Positions 27,127 to 38,412 are shown, numbered from the stretch's first letter. The stretch: 64,000 bases of DNA from an uncultured Nitrospiraceae bacterium (GCA_963727805.1 CAVSHF010000003.1:1536001-1600000); one strand, 5' to 3'. The notes: generated by a model from the sequence alone, not told the origin. Numbers and translations: made by a program.

Positions 27127-28770
27127 TCACAATCCCGCGAATCCCCGCACGGCAAGCAGTAATAAAGCTGCAAGGGTTGTTACAGCAAGGGCAGCAAACT
27201 TTTCACGCAGTTCTTTGATCAGTACTTCGTAGCTGAAGAAGAAAATGATAATTTCTACTGCCAGCAGTCCCAGGTTATAACTCTGTGACGACCACCCTGT
27301 CAGATTCGGAACGATAAGGGCAATGAAGATTATCAGGAAATCCATGGTCGTCATCCTAAACCCCTTCTTTCTTCTGGAGAACTTTAACGTAAGAATTACA
27401 AACAACGTGGCTATCCCGAAGCATAGATGATAAGGTAATAACATCTTATCGCTTATCCAGTCTGCTCGCCCCTCTCCTGTGAGATACAGAATAAAAGGAA
27501 TCGTGATGTAGAGAGCCAGCCTAAGGCAACCCCCAAGATATTCTTTTCTGAATATGAGCGCACCTAAGATAAGCAGACTGAAGCATACATTCATGATGGA
27601 AACATATGTGGGGATACTTGTAGGAAGAAGACATGAGGATATGAATAACAGTGGAATGATTATTTGCAACGCCCCAAAGGAAACCCTGATTGTCAAATTA
27701 GTTTCCCTGATTATCCTCAATCTACCTTTGACGGCATGTTCGATCACGGGGTAGCGATGGTATCGAAGTTCCTTGCGCTCCGCAACGGCAAACACACTGA
27801 TTGTGAACACCGAAAACCCGATATACCCGGCTATCAGAAGCCAATCTGCCTGGTACTTGAAGAAAATAGCTGACAGGACCATCACGGACTGTATGACATA
27901 TATGATGACAACAGCTTCGGCGTGAGACAACCCGAAGCCGATAAGCCGATGATGAAAGTGGTTCTTATCCGGCGAAAACGGAGACCTCCCCCGGCTGATC
28001 CTATGGACCATAACGTTCAAGGTATCAAGAATGGGAAACCCAAGGATAATCAAAGGCAAAATGGGACTGAGCGGTATATTTCCCTGGGTGGTTTTAACAG
28101 CCAATACAACAGCCGAAAACCCAAGGAGCTGACTTCCTGTATCTCCCATGAAGAGACTGGCGGGATGGGTGTTAAACCTCAGAAATCCGAATATCGCCCC
28201 GGCTATGGCCATGGTTATGAGAATAATAGCGCTGCTGCCGTCAAGATAGGCAAGATACCCGATACAGCAGAAACTTAAAAGGGAAATGCCTCCGGCAAGG
28301 CCATCCAGACCATCGGCGAGATTGATTGCGTTTGTGACGCCGACGATTGCTACGAGAGTGAGAGAGACTGAGAGCCACTCGGCCAGATGTATCTCATCGG
28401 GCACCAAACTCCCAAGGGAACTGATTCTGACACCGCCGTAGAATATGATAAACAGGGCAGCGAGAATTTGCCCGGTGAATTTTGCCTTGTATCCAAGGCC
28501 CTTCATATCATCGACAAAACCGAATAAAACCAATATACCCGTCCCAAGCAGATAAGCCTTCACGAACTCATCCGCGCCACCCCAAAGAATGACCGGAATA
28601 AAAATAGCAAGCGCCATCGCCAACCCACCTATCCTGGGCACAGGGCGAATATGGACCTTCCTCGGGTTTGGGAAATCCACCATTTGATAGCGATCAGCCA
28701 GTTTAATCATGATAGGAATGAGGCTGACCGTAATGAATATAGATATCAGAAGTGTTGAAAAATAAACCAT
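27127..28770 (-). CDS. wecA: WecA/MraY-family polyprenyl-phosphate HexNAc-1-P transferase with C-terminal membrane extension
   Basis: RKVH..PVPRIGG, GFVDD, NAINLADGLDGLA, FMGDTGS, DKNHFHHRL. Confidence 0.88.
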   Translation of the reverse strand: MVYFSTLLISIFITVSLIPIMIKLADRYQMVDFPNPRKVHIRPVPRIGGLAMALAIFIPVILWGGADEFVKAYLLGTGILVLFGFVDDMKGLGYKAKFTGQILAALFIIFYGGVRISSLGSLVPDEIHLAEWLSVSLTLVAIVGVTNAINLADGLDGLAGGISLLSFCCIGYLAYLDGSSAIILITMAIAGAIFGFLRFNTHPASLFMGDTGSQLLGFSAVVLAVKTTQGNIPLSPILPLIILGFPILDTLNVMVHRISRGRSPFSPDKNHFHHRLIGFGLSHAEAVVIIYVIQSVMVLSAIFFKYQADWLLIAGYIGFSVFTISVFAVAERKELRYHRYPVIEHAVKGRLRIIRETNLTIRVSFGALQIIIPLLFISSCLLPTSIPTYVSIMNVCFSLLILGALIFRKEYLGGCLRLALYITIPFILYLTGEGRADWISDKMLLPYHLCFGIATLFVILTLKFSRRKKGFRMTTMDFLIIFIALIVPNLTGWSSQSYNLGLLAVEIIIFFFSYEVLIKELREKFAALAVTTLAALLLLAVRGFAGL

Positions 28771-28784
28771 ATCCGCGTCGGCCC

Positions 28785-30674
28785 CTAATTAAACCACACG
28801 GAATGCCATAAAGCTAGATTCATCAGGTTCCACATCTTGAAGCTGTTGAACCGTTTGTGGTTGCAGTGCTTTTTGAATATCTTCTCGATATAATCCGCAT
28901 TGAAAAGCTCTTCTATTAATCCACTGTCAAAAATGACCTCTCTCGCAAATTTGACTATCCTTGGAGTGACCATATTAGTTGCTGAACCGCAGAATCCCCA
29001 TTTGTTCCGGTATATAATTTCATCGGGTAGAATACCCTCAGCTGCTTTCTTAAGGACATATTTTGATATACCGTTTCTGCACTTCAGCGACGAAGGAATA
29101 GTGAGGGCATACTCCACAAGGTCGCGGTCCAGGAATGGAACGCGAGTCTCTATTGCATTGGCCATGCTCATCTTGTCAACCCTCATAAGCAGCAGTTCGG
29201 AAAGACGGTTCTTAAGCTCGACCTGTATGATCAAGGCAAGATGATCGGATGCACCGAGACCTTCCTTCAGCTGCTTTATAAATGCACTGGACGATGCCCC
29301 GCTATATCCGGATTTGAGAAGGTGCCTCTTTTCCTCGTCCCAAAAGGCGATGGCATTGCCAGTGAACAGAGGCTCGCCGTACTTGGCGCGGCGAAGCATG
29401 TCCGCTGCATAGGGAGGCAGCCAATCATGGGTCGTCCAGTAGAGCAAGGACTTTAACGCTGCTGGGGTTTTTAGGAAATGTTTATAGAAATATCTGTTCG
29501 CCTTGTCAAAACGATGATACATTCCATATCCAGCGAATATTTCATCACTGCCCTCCCCGATCTGGATTACCGGCGTCCCTGAATCACGGGCGAGCTTTGA
29601 TACGTAATAAAGCGGAACACATACGGGATCGGCAAGTGGCTCATCCTGATAATACGGCATTTTTGGCAGGAAAGAGATAAAGTCGAGATCATTGATAAAG
29701 AGTTCATGATGATTGGCGTTGAAATGCTGGGCAGTCCTGTGTGCAGAAACAAATTCATTCGAGGGATCTCCTTCAATCCCGACCGTAAATGTCTGGACCG
29801 GTTTGTCCATCATCTCTGTCATCAAGGCAACATTGAGCGAAGAATCCACCCCGCCACTCAGGAATACCCCGAAGGGAACATCAGAGACCATGCGGCGCGC
29901 AACGGACTGCCTGAGAAGCCTCCTGATCTCTTGTACACAGTCACTCTCAGTCGGATTAGAATCACCCGGCCTGAACTGCTTGGAGTCCCAATAACGCACC
30001 GTTCTGGAATTCCCGTTTTGATCGAATGTCCGATATGTTCCGGCCTCCAGTTTCTTTACGCCCTTGAAGAGCGTCCCCGGTGCAGGACTGTTTGCAAAGG
30101 TCAGGTAATGAAAGAGGGACTGTTGCTCGATCTGTTTGTCGAACCCGGGGAGGGCAAGAATGGCCTTGATTTCAGAGGCGAAGGCGACTACGCCACTCTC
30201 ATCGCAGTAATAAAGGGGCTTGATACCGAGAGAATCGCGCACCAGAGTTAGTGAATGATCCTGCCTGTCATACAGAGCAAAGGCAAACATGCCCCTGAAC
30301 CTATGCAGTGCGCCTTCCAGACCCCATTCGCGGACTGCGTAAAGAATAACCTCAGTATCGGTCTTTGATCGGAATGAATATCTTCCTATCTTCTCCAGTT
30401 CATCGCGAATAGCTTCGAAGTTGAAGATTTCGCCGTTGAACGTCACCCATAGCCGGCCATCTGCCGTACTCATGGGTTGGCGCCCACGAGGAGAGAGATC
30501 AATTATCGAGAGCCTGCGATGGCCGAGACCGACATAGAATCCGCCTTCGTAGTCGACATAAATACCGGCATCGTCAGGCCCCCGGTGCCGCATGGTATCG
30601 CGCATCCCAACTAGGTCAGCCTCAGAAATCGAATAACCCGTTCGTTGGGAGAAGACCCCTACAATTCCACACAT
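28785..30674 (-). CDS. asnB: Asparagine synthase (glutamine-hydrolysing)-like amidotransferase
   Basis: MCGIVG, HRGPD, GHRRLSIID, FNGEIFN, FLSGGVDSS, GEGSDE, ETRVPFLD. Confidence 0.93.
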   Translation of the reverse strand: MCGIVGVFSQRTGYSISEADLVGMRDTMRHRGPDDAGIYVDYEGGFYVGLGHRRLSIIDLSPRGRQPMSTADGRLWVTFNGEIFNFEAIRDELEKIGRYSFRSKTDTEVILYAVREWGLEGALHRFRGMFAFALYDRQDHSLTLVRDSLGIKPLYYCDESGVVAFASEIKAILALPGFDKQIEQQSLFHYLTFANSPAPGTLFKGVKKLEAGTYRTFDQNGNSRTVRYWDSKQFRPGDSNPTESDCVQEIRRLLRQSVARRMVSDVPFGVFLSGGVDSSLNVALMTEMMDKPVQTFTVGIEGDPSNEFVSAHRTAQHFNANHHELFINDLDFISFLPKMPYYQDEPLADPVCVPLYYVSKLARDSGTPVIQIGEGSDEIFAGYGMYHRFDKANRYFYKHFLKTPAALKSLLYWTTHDWLPPYAADMLRRAKYGEPLFTGNAIAFWDEEKRHLLKSGYSGASSSAFIKQLKEGLGASDHLALIIQVELKNRLSELLLMRVDKMSMANAIETRVPFLDRDLVEYALTIPSSLKCRNGISKYVLKKAAEGILPDEIIYRNKWGFCGSATNMVTPRIVKFAREVIFDSGLIEELFNADYIEKIFKKHCNHKRFNSFKMWNLMNLALWHSVWFN

Positions 30675-30873
30675 ATGTCTTCAGATCCTCCCTTGAACAT
30701 CAAAATAATATCAAATTTATGGTCCATCATATCACCTATTTCGCTTAATAGATTTCTCCGGACATAAAATCGATGACCGAGACGCATCAATGACAGTGCA
30801 AACCCCTTCTCCAGTGCAAGGTCAGAGATAAAAAGGAACAGAAAGACAAACAGCAATTAAAATCGCAAATGCC

Positions 30874-31938
30874 TTATTTGTCGGTCTGCCGGATAATGTC
30901 CCTGAATTGGCTCCTGATCACCGACACATCATAGTGCTCTTGAGCTTGCTTATATGCATTTTCAGCAAGTCGCACACTTAGTTCCTTGTCTTTGAGCAAT
31001 CTGGTAATCTTCTCACTCAGATCGGCAGGATTTTTTATCGCGACGATGAGAGCGTTTTCTTCATCTCGCAGAACCTCTTTCATTCCCCCCACAAACGTGG
31101 CAATAATCGGCGTTCGAGTTGCCATGGCCTCCAGAATGACATTAGGAATTCCCTCCGAATGGCTCGGCAAAATTAGTATGCTGCACTCGTAAAGAACCCG
31201 CAGCTTCTCTTCATCGTCGATCCAGCCGTTGACGCTGATCGCATCGGACAAACCCTTCGTCTGGACATAATCCCTCATGCGGTTAATCTCCTTGGTCCCA
31301 AAAAGACTGAGATGTGCCGAACAGCCTTCCCCTCTCAGTCTTTCAATGGCATCAACCAGCTCAAAGACCCCTTTGGCGCGAATATACCAGCCGAGATACA
31401 GCAACTTTCCCTCTTTGCGCTGGATATTGTACCGATTCCTCATAGCCTGGAGATTTATGGCGTTGCGAAGCACATGCACCGGCTTATGTGGGAAGAGAGT
31501 GGCTATATATCTTCTCATCTCTTCAGTCAGCACAACAAACGAGTCGACCTGTCTGAGGACAAAGGTGGCATACTTCAGCTCGACACCTGAAAGGCCATTG
31601 TAAAAATCGCTAAATCCTGACGGATGTATGTGAAGAATGACCTTCTTGCCCAGAAATTTGGTCATGAGGAGAAAAATACTTTTCCGGTAAAAACTGGTGA
31701 AAGCCGAACTATGAATATATACCAGACTTGCGCCGTTGATACTCATAACAAATCGAAACAAGCCCTTAAACAGCATAACTATCTTGTGGCGTGAGGTATC
31801 GCTCGAACTCGCAACGTATTTCAGTACATAGTCATCGAAGAAATCGGCATCACGCCAAATGGACACGACCCTCGAAACACCACCCTTGCCGAACTGGTCC
31901 GGTCCGACCATGACTATCTCTGTTTTCCCTTTCTTCAA
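30874..31938 (-). CDS. Glycosyltransferase family 4
   Basis: GGV N-terminal loop; LPSHSEGIPNVILEAMA. Confidence 0.9.
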   Translation of the reverse strand: MKKGKTEIVMVGPDQFGKGGVSRVVSIWRDADFFDDYVLKYVASSSDTSRHKIVMLFKGLFRFVMSINGASLVYIHSSAFTSFYRKSIFLLMTKFLGKKVILHIHPSGFSDFYNGLSGVELKYATFVLRQVDSFVVLTEEMRRYIATLFPHKPVHVLRNAINLQAMRNRYNIQRKEGKLLYLGWYIRAKGVFELVDAIERLRGEGCSAHLSLFGTKEINRMRDYVQTKGLSDAISVNGWIDDEEKLRVLYECSILILPSHSEGIPNVILEAMATRTPIIATFVGGMKEVLRDEENALIVAIKNPADLSEKITRLLKDKELSVRLAENAYKQAQEHYDVSVIRSQFRDIIRQTDK

Positions 31939-34900
31939 AAGCTACCCTTAACCCTATAATACGATAGAGTCCCATTCTCGCCGGCAACTACAACACCTGC
32001 TCCGAGCAACTCTATGCTCTTGACCGCGTTCTCCACGCGCCCCTCCCGGATGATCTTGCCGTCGGCAGCCAATAGCAACACAGCGCCATCTTCACAACCT
32101 ACAACTACGCAGGCCGATTGAGGAAAACCGCGTATTGCCGTAACAGACTTATCAAAGTGTTTTTGCCAGACGAGGTCTCCTTTTTCGTCAAAAGCATGCA
32201 GCCAGCCATTTGCCAGGCCGACCACAACCATTTTACCTTTAGCGGCATTGGATGGTAATATCGCCAAACCGCGCACGAAATTCCTTGTTTCCTTCTTATC
32301 AGGGCCGAAGTATTTTATCCACTTTGGTTCACCAGTGGCCCCGTTATACACTCGTAGTTCGTTCCAATGTCCGCTCAGGCTATAGATCACATCATCGGTT
32401 CCATCATTATCGATATCTGTAACCACGAGGCTGCTTAGTCCTCTTTGCATCCATGCGTGCATATTCGTATAACCAGCTTCTATAGTCCAGTACATCTGAT
32501 CGGAAACATTTTTATAGTTGCGGTTTATTCCGGTGAGCGAAGGATTTCCGGTGTATGATTTCCCAACAATTAGAAGGGGACCAGGATCAGGACGTCCAGC
32601 CGTTCTCACAACTGCCAAAGATGTATTGTTGCCCCAATGTGTCGCAACCCTTCCCTTGAACTGCCCGCTCAAAGTGTAGAATTCAACCGTGCTCGGTCTG
32701 CCTATCGCTATTTCATCTTCTCCGCTGTTCCATAAATCACTTACCAAGATGGAATAGACTCCAGTCATTTTGAACTTGGGTCCAGGATCAGTAAACCAGG
32801 GGGCTTCGTATCTGTCCCCTATCTTAAAACTCGGATCGATCTGCGCTTTGACCTTCCAAAGCTCCTTTCCGTCCGCAGTATATGCAGCCAGTGAATCGTC
32901 CCTTTTGCCCACGAGTAAGCCAAAGGCTTTCGCCTGCTTAGTGGTCCGTGGTGTCTGAAGGGAAAGGACATCTCCTTGAATGTCGATCGCCCCGATGGCG
33001 GCGCCCTGACTATTCAGTTTGAGCAGATTGGTCTGCCCGCTCCGCTCCTTAGCCACCCATACAGTTGCATCAATCTCGGCCGCCGCAGTCACAGATATTC
33101 GAACTTTGAGGTCCTGCATCCATTCTGGTTTCCAGGTTTCTGCGTTGGAGACTTTTATCTCTGGAGCCGGACCAGATGCATTCTCTTGGTCCGAAGTCCT
33201 GCTCAGCGCATCAAACAGCTCACTTAGCTTTCCATGCACACTCTCTGTCTCCGAATCAACCTTCAATTGTGTTCCCCCCGCACCTAGTTTCATTGGTATT
33301 GATCCGACGACCGCATTCACCTGGTTTTGTGAGCTCAACTTCATGTCGATATAGCCAGAATTCATATCCCAAAGCAGCGTGATGGGTGAATCCGACTGAA
33401 ACACGTTATATTCGCCAATAGAAAAATGCTTAGCCCTGCTCAAAAAGAGTCTGCCCCGGTCAAAATAAGCAAAATCGGCATCAATCAGCAGCTGACCCAA
33501 CGATAGTCTGCCCAAGCTAACAAAAGCCGATTCAGTGCCGGTCACGAGGTAAGCATTCGAAGTGAGTTGCTTCAATGCCTTGGGTTTCCGCTTGTCGTAT
33601 AGCATACCGCTGATAATGATACGGTCTTCCGGTTTGAGGTCTCTTGATAAATGCTCGTAAACCAACCCTCTGTCAGCTGAATCTGAGATGACCATGTTGT
33701 CAGTGGTAAGTAGGCTTAATGTCCCATAAAACGTGGCCTGCCTGGAAGATAAATCACCATGTTTTATCGGGCCCATCAGCCAATAGCGGGTAATGTCAAA
33801 CTGTCCCGCCTGTCTGGGTACAATTTTGTCAAAGATGATGGCCTTGTTCTTTGTGTACAAAAAATATCGCTTCCAGACAGATTCGGGCATGTCGGGCACT
33901 TCCGCTTCGATGTACGCCATATTTGCCGTGGCAAAAGAGTCCTTCAAGCCAGCAGTCCTGGCAACATGCGGGTCAACCATGCCGTTATAGAGAATTGAGA
34001 TATCATTCATATAGCCGACCAGTGTCCAGGTGCCGCCGAACATGCGAAGTTTTGTAATGTTATTCAGGTGGTTCGGATTTCTTCCAAGACCATTGAAGCC
34101 GTCGAAGAGGAAATAATCGTCAGTCTTGTCCAGCCCGGCCCTGAAAGAAAGTATCTGAAACGCTTCATCCGGCGGGACCGATGTCTGTGCATCCTTCCAA
34201 TCAGTTCGAGCCAGAGGGGCCACAGTAATGGTCCCGACAAGGTCAAGCGGTGCCTTGACTTCGAGATCATCTCCCGGCCAATAAGACTGGCCAATTCTGA
34301 AGACATCAAGGTCATAAGCCAGCTGCCGTACCATCCAGATATAGCGGCCGTCGTGGAGCATGTGTGCCGCTTTGTGCATGAGGCTAATGGATAGATATCC
34401 GCCGAAGTCGTCACCAGCGTCGCTGCCGTTCATCAATACTTCGAGGCCGCGCATCATGGTCTTGGCTGTCCCTGATGTAATAAACTCATCTGCGCCGTCC
34501 ATACAGAAAAAGTCCATGACCGGTTCTATCGAAGTGGAAACCCAGCCGAGCGTATCTCTCTCAGCCCATGTGGGATCTCCTATAAACGAGCGGAAGCCAT
34601 TTCTGACATTCTCTATTCTCTTTTGCCATATCGCGTCGGGATAATACCTCGCAAAGTAGCGGCTCCCCGTGTAGATGTTCATCATGTGCCACAATGCATG
34701 CCTGTCGCCATTAGGTGCAGAGAAACTGTTATTGGGATCGAGAACTAACTGGTGCTGGAGCAGCTTGTTTGTGATGAAAAGTCTTTCCTGGTCGTTGAAG
34801 AATGGACTGTTTTCGATAAGATTCCAAACGCAGTCAAGCAGGTGAGACCTGTAGTGATCGGACTTTGCTATAGGGTCCGCAGGATCGGAAAAAGCCGAAT

Positions 34901-35738
34901 CAGCACGGTTTATCGCTGGGATGTTATCCGGCCTTGGCATTGCCAACCGCTTGAAAGTGTCGAGATATTCTGTCTGTCCTGTCATGTAGTAAAGTATTCC
35001 TGCTACGCTTATTGGGTTCCAGCCAAAGAGAGTGCCGGGCAGGTATGCGTCTAGATTTGTCTTACGCCAAGAGTCTTGCCAGCTGAATACTTTCCAGGAA
35101 TTGGAAGCAGTATTTATTACAGGGGGATGCTCCATCCCCTTGCCGAGTTTGATTTTCATAGTCCAGCCGACACTCAATGACTTGCCAGGACCAAGCATGC
35201 CAATAAAAACTTTGCCAGCTTCAGAGACGCCTTGATCATCCGAGCCCCCAAGGAAAATCACATTGTGGCCCGTGCCGTAGGGATTATGGAGCGACCGCAC
35301 CACATGTCCGCCAGGTCCTGGGTATTTAATATCGAGAATAACGTACCACTGCCGGTATAGAGTCTCGATAAATTTATTTGTGCTGCAGTTTCCGATAGCA
35401 ATGACATTGTAATTTTGCAGAACCTTTTCAGGCATAGCATTTTCATCGTCATACACTTTCAGGTCGGCGCCCGTTGAGTCTAGAATCTTATCATGCACTT
35501 CCCTTGCAATCTCTACGTATCGACCATTTTTCGGCGCTACGATGATCGCCTTGGCTGCGCCCTTTTCAACCAGCAAGGTCTTCATGTGAAGATCCCTGAG
35601 CTGACTAATCACCTTGCCGGTATCGGCAAAAGCCGGCAGACTCGAACTTAAAAGCATGACTATAGCCAGCGTTAGTGGAAACACGTGAATATGCCTTTTC
35701 ATGTCATAGAACTCGTGCCGACTCATTAAAAAAAACAT
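31935..35738 (-). CDS. Large secreted protein (about 1260 aa); possible heparinase/lyase-like core and C-terminal beta-propeller
   Basis: Signal peptide after probable start 35702; helical middle; C-terminal DIDNDGTDDV and G..LW propeller-like repeats. Confidence 0.65.
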   Translation of the reverse strand: MFFLMSRHEFYDMKRHIHVFPLTLAIVMLLSSSLPAFADTGKVISQLRDLHMKTLLVEKGAAKAIIVAPKNGRYVEIAREVHDKILDSTGADLKVYDDENAMPEKVLQNYNVIAIGNCSTNKFIETLYRQWYVILDIKYPGPGGHVVRSLHNPYGTGHNVIFLGGSDDQGVSEAGKVFIGMLGPGKSLSVGWTMKIKLGKGMEHPPVINTASNSWKVFSWQDSWRKTNLDAYLPGTLFGWNPISVAGILYYMTGQTEYLDTFKRLAMPRPDNIPAINRADSAFSDPADPIAKSDHYRSHLLDCVWNLIENSPFFNDQERLFITNKLLQHQLVLDPNNSFSAPNGDRHALWHMMNIYTGSRYFARYYPDAIWQKRIENVRNGFRSFIGDPTWAERDTLGWVSTSIEPVMDFFCMDGADEFITSGTAKTMMRGLEVLMNGSDAGDDFGGYLSISLMHKAAHMLHDGRYIWMVRQLAYDLDVFRIGQSYWPGDDLEVKAPLDLVGTITVAPLARTDWKDAQTSVPPDEAFQILSFRAGLDKTDDYFLFDGFNGLGRNPNHLNNITKLRMFGGTWTLVGYMNDISILYNGMVDPHVARTAGLKDSFATANMAYIEAEVPDMPESVWKRYFLYTKNKAIIFDKIVPRQAGQFDITRYWLMGPIKHGDLSSRQATFYGTLSLLTTDNMVISDSADRGLVYEHLSRDLKPEDRIIISGMLYDKRKPKALKQLTSNAYLVTGTESAFVSLGRLSLGQLLIDADFAYFDRGRLFLSRAKHFSIGEYNVFQSDSPITLLWDMNSGYIDMKLSSQNQVNAVVGSIPMKLGAGGTQLKVDSETESVHGKLSELFDALSRTSDQENASGPAPEIKVSNAETWKPEWMQDLKVRISVTAAAEIDATVWVAKERSGQTNLLKLNSQGAAIGAIDIQGDVLSLQTPRTTKQAKAFGLLVGKRDDSLAAYTADGKELWKVKAQIDPSFKIGDRYEAPWFTDPGPKFKMTGVYSILVSDLWNSGEDEIAIGRPSTVEFYTLSGQFKGRVATHWGNNTSLAVVRTAGRPDPGPLLIVGKSYTGNPSLTGINRNYKNVSDQMYWTIEAGYTNMHAWMQRGLSSLVVTDIDNDGTDDVIYSLSGHWNELRVYNGATGEPKWIKYFGPDKKETRNFVRGLAILPSNAAKGKMVVVGLANGWLHAFDEKGDLVWQKHFDKSVTAIRGFPQSACVVVGCEDGAVLLLAADGKIIREGRVENAVKSIELLGAGVVVAGENGTLSYYRVKGSF

Positions 35739-35822
35739 GCTTTAATTTTAGCCGTATCATCAGGTTTTGTTTGAAGTATCTTTATGCTGCAACGAGCGCT
35801 TTCATATAAAGAAAGCATCGTG

Positions 35823-36380
35823 CTAAAGTCCTTCCCTATCAATGTCCTCAATCCTGTATTTGCTGTTGACTATCGATAGGTGAAGAACAAGCTCTTCTTT
35901 TGAAAACCTACTAGATATCCTCTTCGCTGGATTCCCTCCATAGACGGAGTACGGCGACACATTTCTAGTCACTACAGCTCCGGCTGCGATTATTGCACCT
36001 TCGCCTATTGTCACTCCCTTCAAAATGGTAGACCCCATACCCACCATCACATCGTCCTCTATGATAATCGGAAGGTTTACCCCCCCGTCTTTAACATTGA
36101 TTAGGTACTCGCCTACTCTCGACATGTTATGATCTCCTCCTAAAATCCTTACGTAAGGAGAAATGATTGCGTAGTTGCCGATTGAAAGACTTGAAGGTTC
36201 GACTATAGAAATGTGACAATGTTTGCCAATAAAGCAGTTGTGACCTATTTTCATGCACCGCTTGTCAGCAAGGTGTGCTGTCGGGTTAATTCTTGTTCCG
36301 TTACCCAATTCAAGGAATTTACTACGACAGTATAAGAGATAAGCCTTTTGTAACACATACCTAAGCATATCCAAGAGCAT
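35823..36380 (-). CDS. Hexapeptide-repeat (LbH) O-acetyltransferase
   Basis: IIIEDDVMVG..ILKGVTIGEGAIIAAGAVVT..GGNPAK. Confidence 0.9.
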   Translation of the reverse strand: MLLDMLRYVLQKAYLLYCRSKFLELGNGTRINPTAHLADKRCMKIGHNCFIGKHCHISIVEPSSLSIGNYAIISPYVRILGGDHNMSRVGEYLINVKDGGVNLPIIIEDDVMVGMGSTILKGVTIGEGAIIAAGAVVTRNVSPYSVYGGNPAKRISSRFSKEELVLHLSIVNSKYRIEDIDREGL

Positions 36381-36391
36381 AGCTGACTCAA

Positions 36392-37525
36392 TCAGTCCAT
36401 GGAACGTGAAGTATCAGCTTCATACGTCGCGGCCTTTAGCAAAATAACACTTTTATATATCTCGAGATACCCTTCGTACATTCGCTCTATCGAAAAATCG
36501 CGGGCTCGCAAGAGGGACGCACGGGAATATCGGCTCCTCAATTCGTCGTCTCCAAGAAGCATGTTAATTTTGTCGGCAAGATCGAAAGCATTACCGGACT
36601 CGAACTGCAGCCCATCTCTGCCATTGACGACGATTTCCGCAGGTCCATCAATATTGGATACAATGACAGGCAACCCGCTGGCCATGGCTTCAACAATGGC
36701 CATGCCAAAACCCTCATGACGCGATGGAAGAACAAACAGGTCGGCATCGGCTAACAGTTCAGGCACGTCGTTTCTCACCCCCAAAAGTCTGATCTCTTCT
36801 GTCGATAGGCCTAATTCAACTATCATGCGCTTCAACATCTCGTCACTCGGACCTTCTCCAGCGAAGTCGCAACGAAACCGTAGACCTCTCTTCTTCAAAA
36901 TATAGAGCGCCTCAATCAATACATCCTGTCCTTTAATACGGTGATCAAGTCTTGCACAGCAAATAATTTTATAAGGTTCATTAAGCCTATGGATAAGGGG
37001 AAACTGTGTCAGATCGACTCCATCATATACCACTTTGATTCGTTCACTTTCACCGGTTCCATTTAAGAAAACTTCCTTTACCGACTGGCTAATAGCTATG
37101 AACTGGTCTGCGCGTTTGAGAGCCAGCCATTTCGATGCTCGATCAAAAATACTACGGGAATACAGATGCATCTCATGGATGGTAAACACGATTCTGATCC
37201 GAAAAAACAAAGAAGCGAAAAATCCCAATAAGAATCCCAATTTATTGTGAACATGTACGACATCGGGTTTCGTTGCTCTCAGGCATCTTCTTAGCTTGAG
37301 CGCATAATAAAGAATGTTCCATGGACGACCGGGCAACCTTCCCAGCTCAATCACTTTGCTACCTGTCTGCTCAATATATTTAACCATTTGCCTGTCCACT
37401 ACATCATTGATTATCACAATGATCAACCGGCTGTCGACAGAGGTCATAGTCACACGACATAGCATGCAGATCAGGTTTTCTATCCCAGCTTTTTTAAGAG
37501 AAGTTAGCAAATGAAGAACTATCAT
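36392..37525 (-). CDS. Glycosyltransferase family 4
   Basis: LPSRHEGFGMAIVEAMASG; ATG 37525 overlaps the upstream stop (ATGA). Confidence 0.9.
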   Translation of the reverse strand: MIVLHLLTSLKKAGIENLICMLCRVTMTSVDSRLIIVIINDVVDRQMVKYIEQTGSKVIELGRLPGRPWNILYYALKLRRCLRATKPDVVHVHNKLGFLLGFFASLFFRIRIVFTIHEMHLYSRSIFDRASKWLALKRADQFIAISQSVKEVFLNGTGESERIKVVYDGVDLTQFPLIHRLNEPYKIICCARLDHRIKGQDVLIEALYILKKRGLRFRCDFAGEGPSDEMLKRMIVELGLSTEEIRLLGVRNDVPELLADADLFVLPSRHEGFGMAIVEAMASGLPVIVSNIDGPAEIVVNGRDGLQFESGNAFDLADKINMLLGDDELRSRYSRASLLRARDFSIERMYEGYLEIYKSVILLKAATYEADTSRSMD

Positions 37526-38298
37526 AATCGGCCTTTTGTTGCAAGCCTCTTCCCGATCACTTTTAGTGCATACCAAGCGATGCGTCTTTTTGTCCTAGCG
37601 CAGAACGGCGCATGATGGCGATGTAGAATGCGGTATATCTCGCCGAGGAAAGATAAACCTCCATTTACTGTCTTGGTTGAAGCATGCCACCTAAAAAATG
37701 CACAAACTCCACCAATATGACAGGCATCATGAGTATTCATTATACGCAACCAAAGATCCAAATCCATGGCAAAGCTTAGATTGGTATCAAGATACCCTGC
37801 CGCTTCCACAACGCTCCTCTTGTAAAAAGAACCTGGTTGATACACGTCGTAATCCGTTTTCAAAAGATAGTCATTGCTGATGGCAGGGTATGCCTTCTTT
37901 ATCTTGATTTTTTTACCGGCGTCGTCTATGAAAACTATGTCGCCATAGGTCAGTCCAACGCATTCGTTCTCCTTAAAAACTTTTACAGATTTCTCAACTA
38001 CGTCCTGAGCCAAAACATCATCTGAATTAATCCAGCCCACTATTTCGCCTTTAGCCATCCGGAACCCTTTCTCTATGGCATCAGCCTGACCATTGTCTTT
38101 TTCACGAACAATCTTAGACACACGCGGGTTATTCTCGTATTTGTCTAAAATAAGCAGCGTGTTGTCTGTCGATTCTGCATCGAGAATTATGTACTCTATA
38201 TACGGATAAGTCTGATTTATTACGCTTTGAATGGTTTCCTCGATGTAGTCACCCTGATTATAAGAGGGGGTTATAATGCTTACCAATGGGTATTTCAT
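37522..38298 (-). CDS. Glycosyltransferase family 2
   Basis: VSIITPSYNQ, EKDNGQADAI, WINSDD, MDLDLWLR. Confidence 0.92.
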   Translation of the reverse strand: MKYPLVSIITPSYNQGDYIEETIQSVINQTYPYIEYIILDAESTDNTLLILDKYENNPRVSKIVREKDNGQADAIEKGFRMAKGEIVGWINSDDVLAQDVVEKSVKVFKENECVGLTYGDIVFIDDAGKKIKIKKAYPAISNDYLLKTDYDVYQPGSFYKRSVVEAAGYLDTNLSFAMDLDLWLRIMNTHDACHIGGVCAFFRWHASTKTVNGGLSFLGEIYRILHRHHAPFCARTKRRIAWYALKVIGKRLATKGRL

Positions 38299-38412
38299 AA
38301 AACCGGCTGTTCTACGCACGAGTAAGCAAGTTCGAACTCAATGCAACAGATATGGTCAAATGTAGAAGTCAAGATGCCAGGTTGGACCAATTTGTTTAAC
38401 CTGACACCAATT

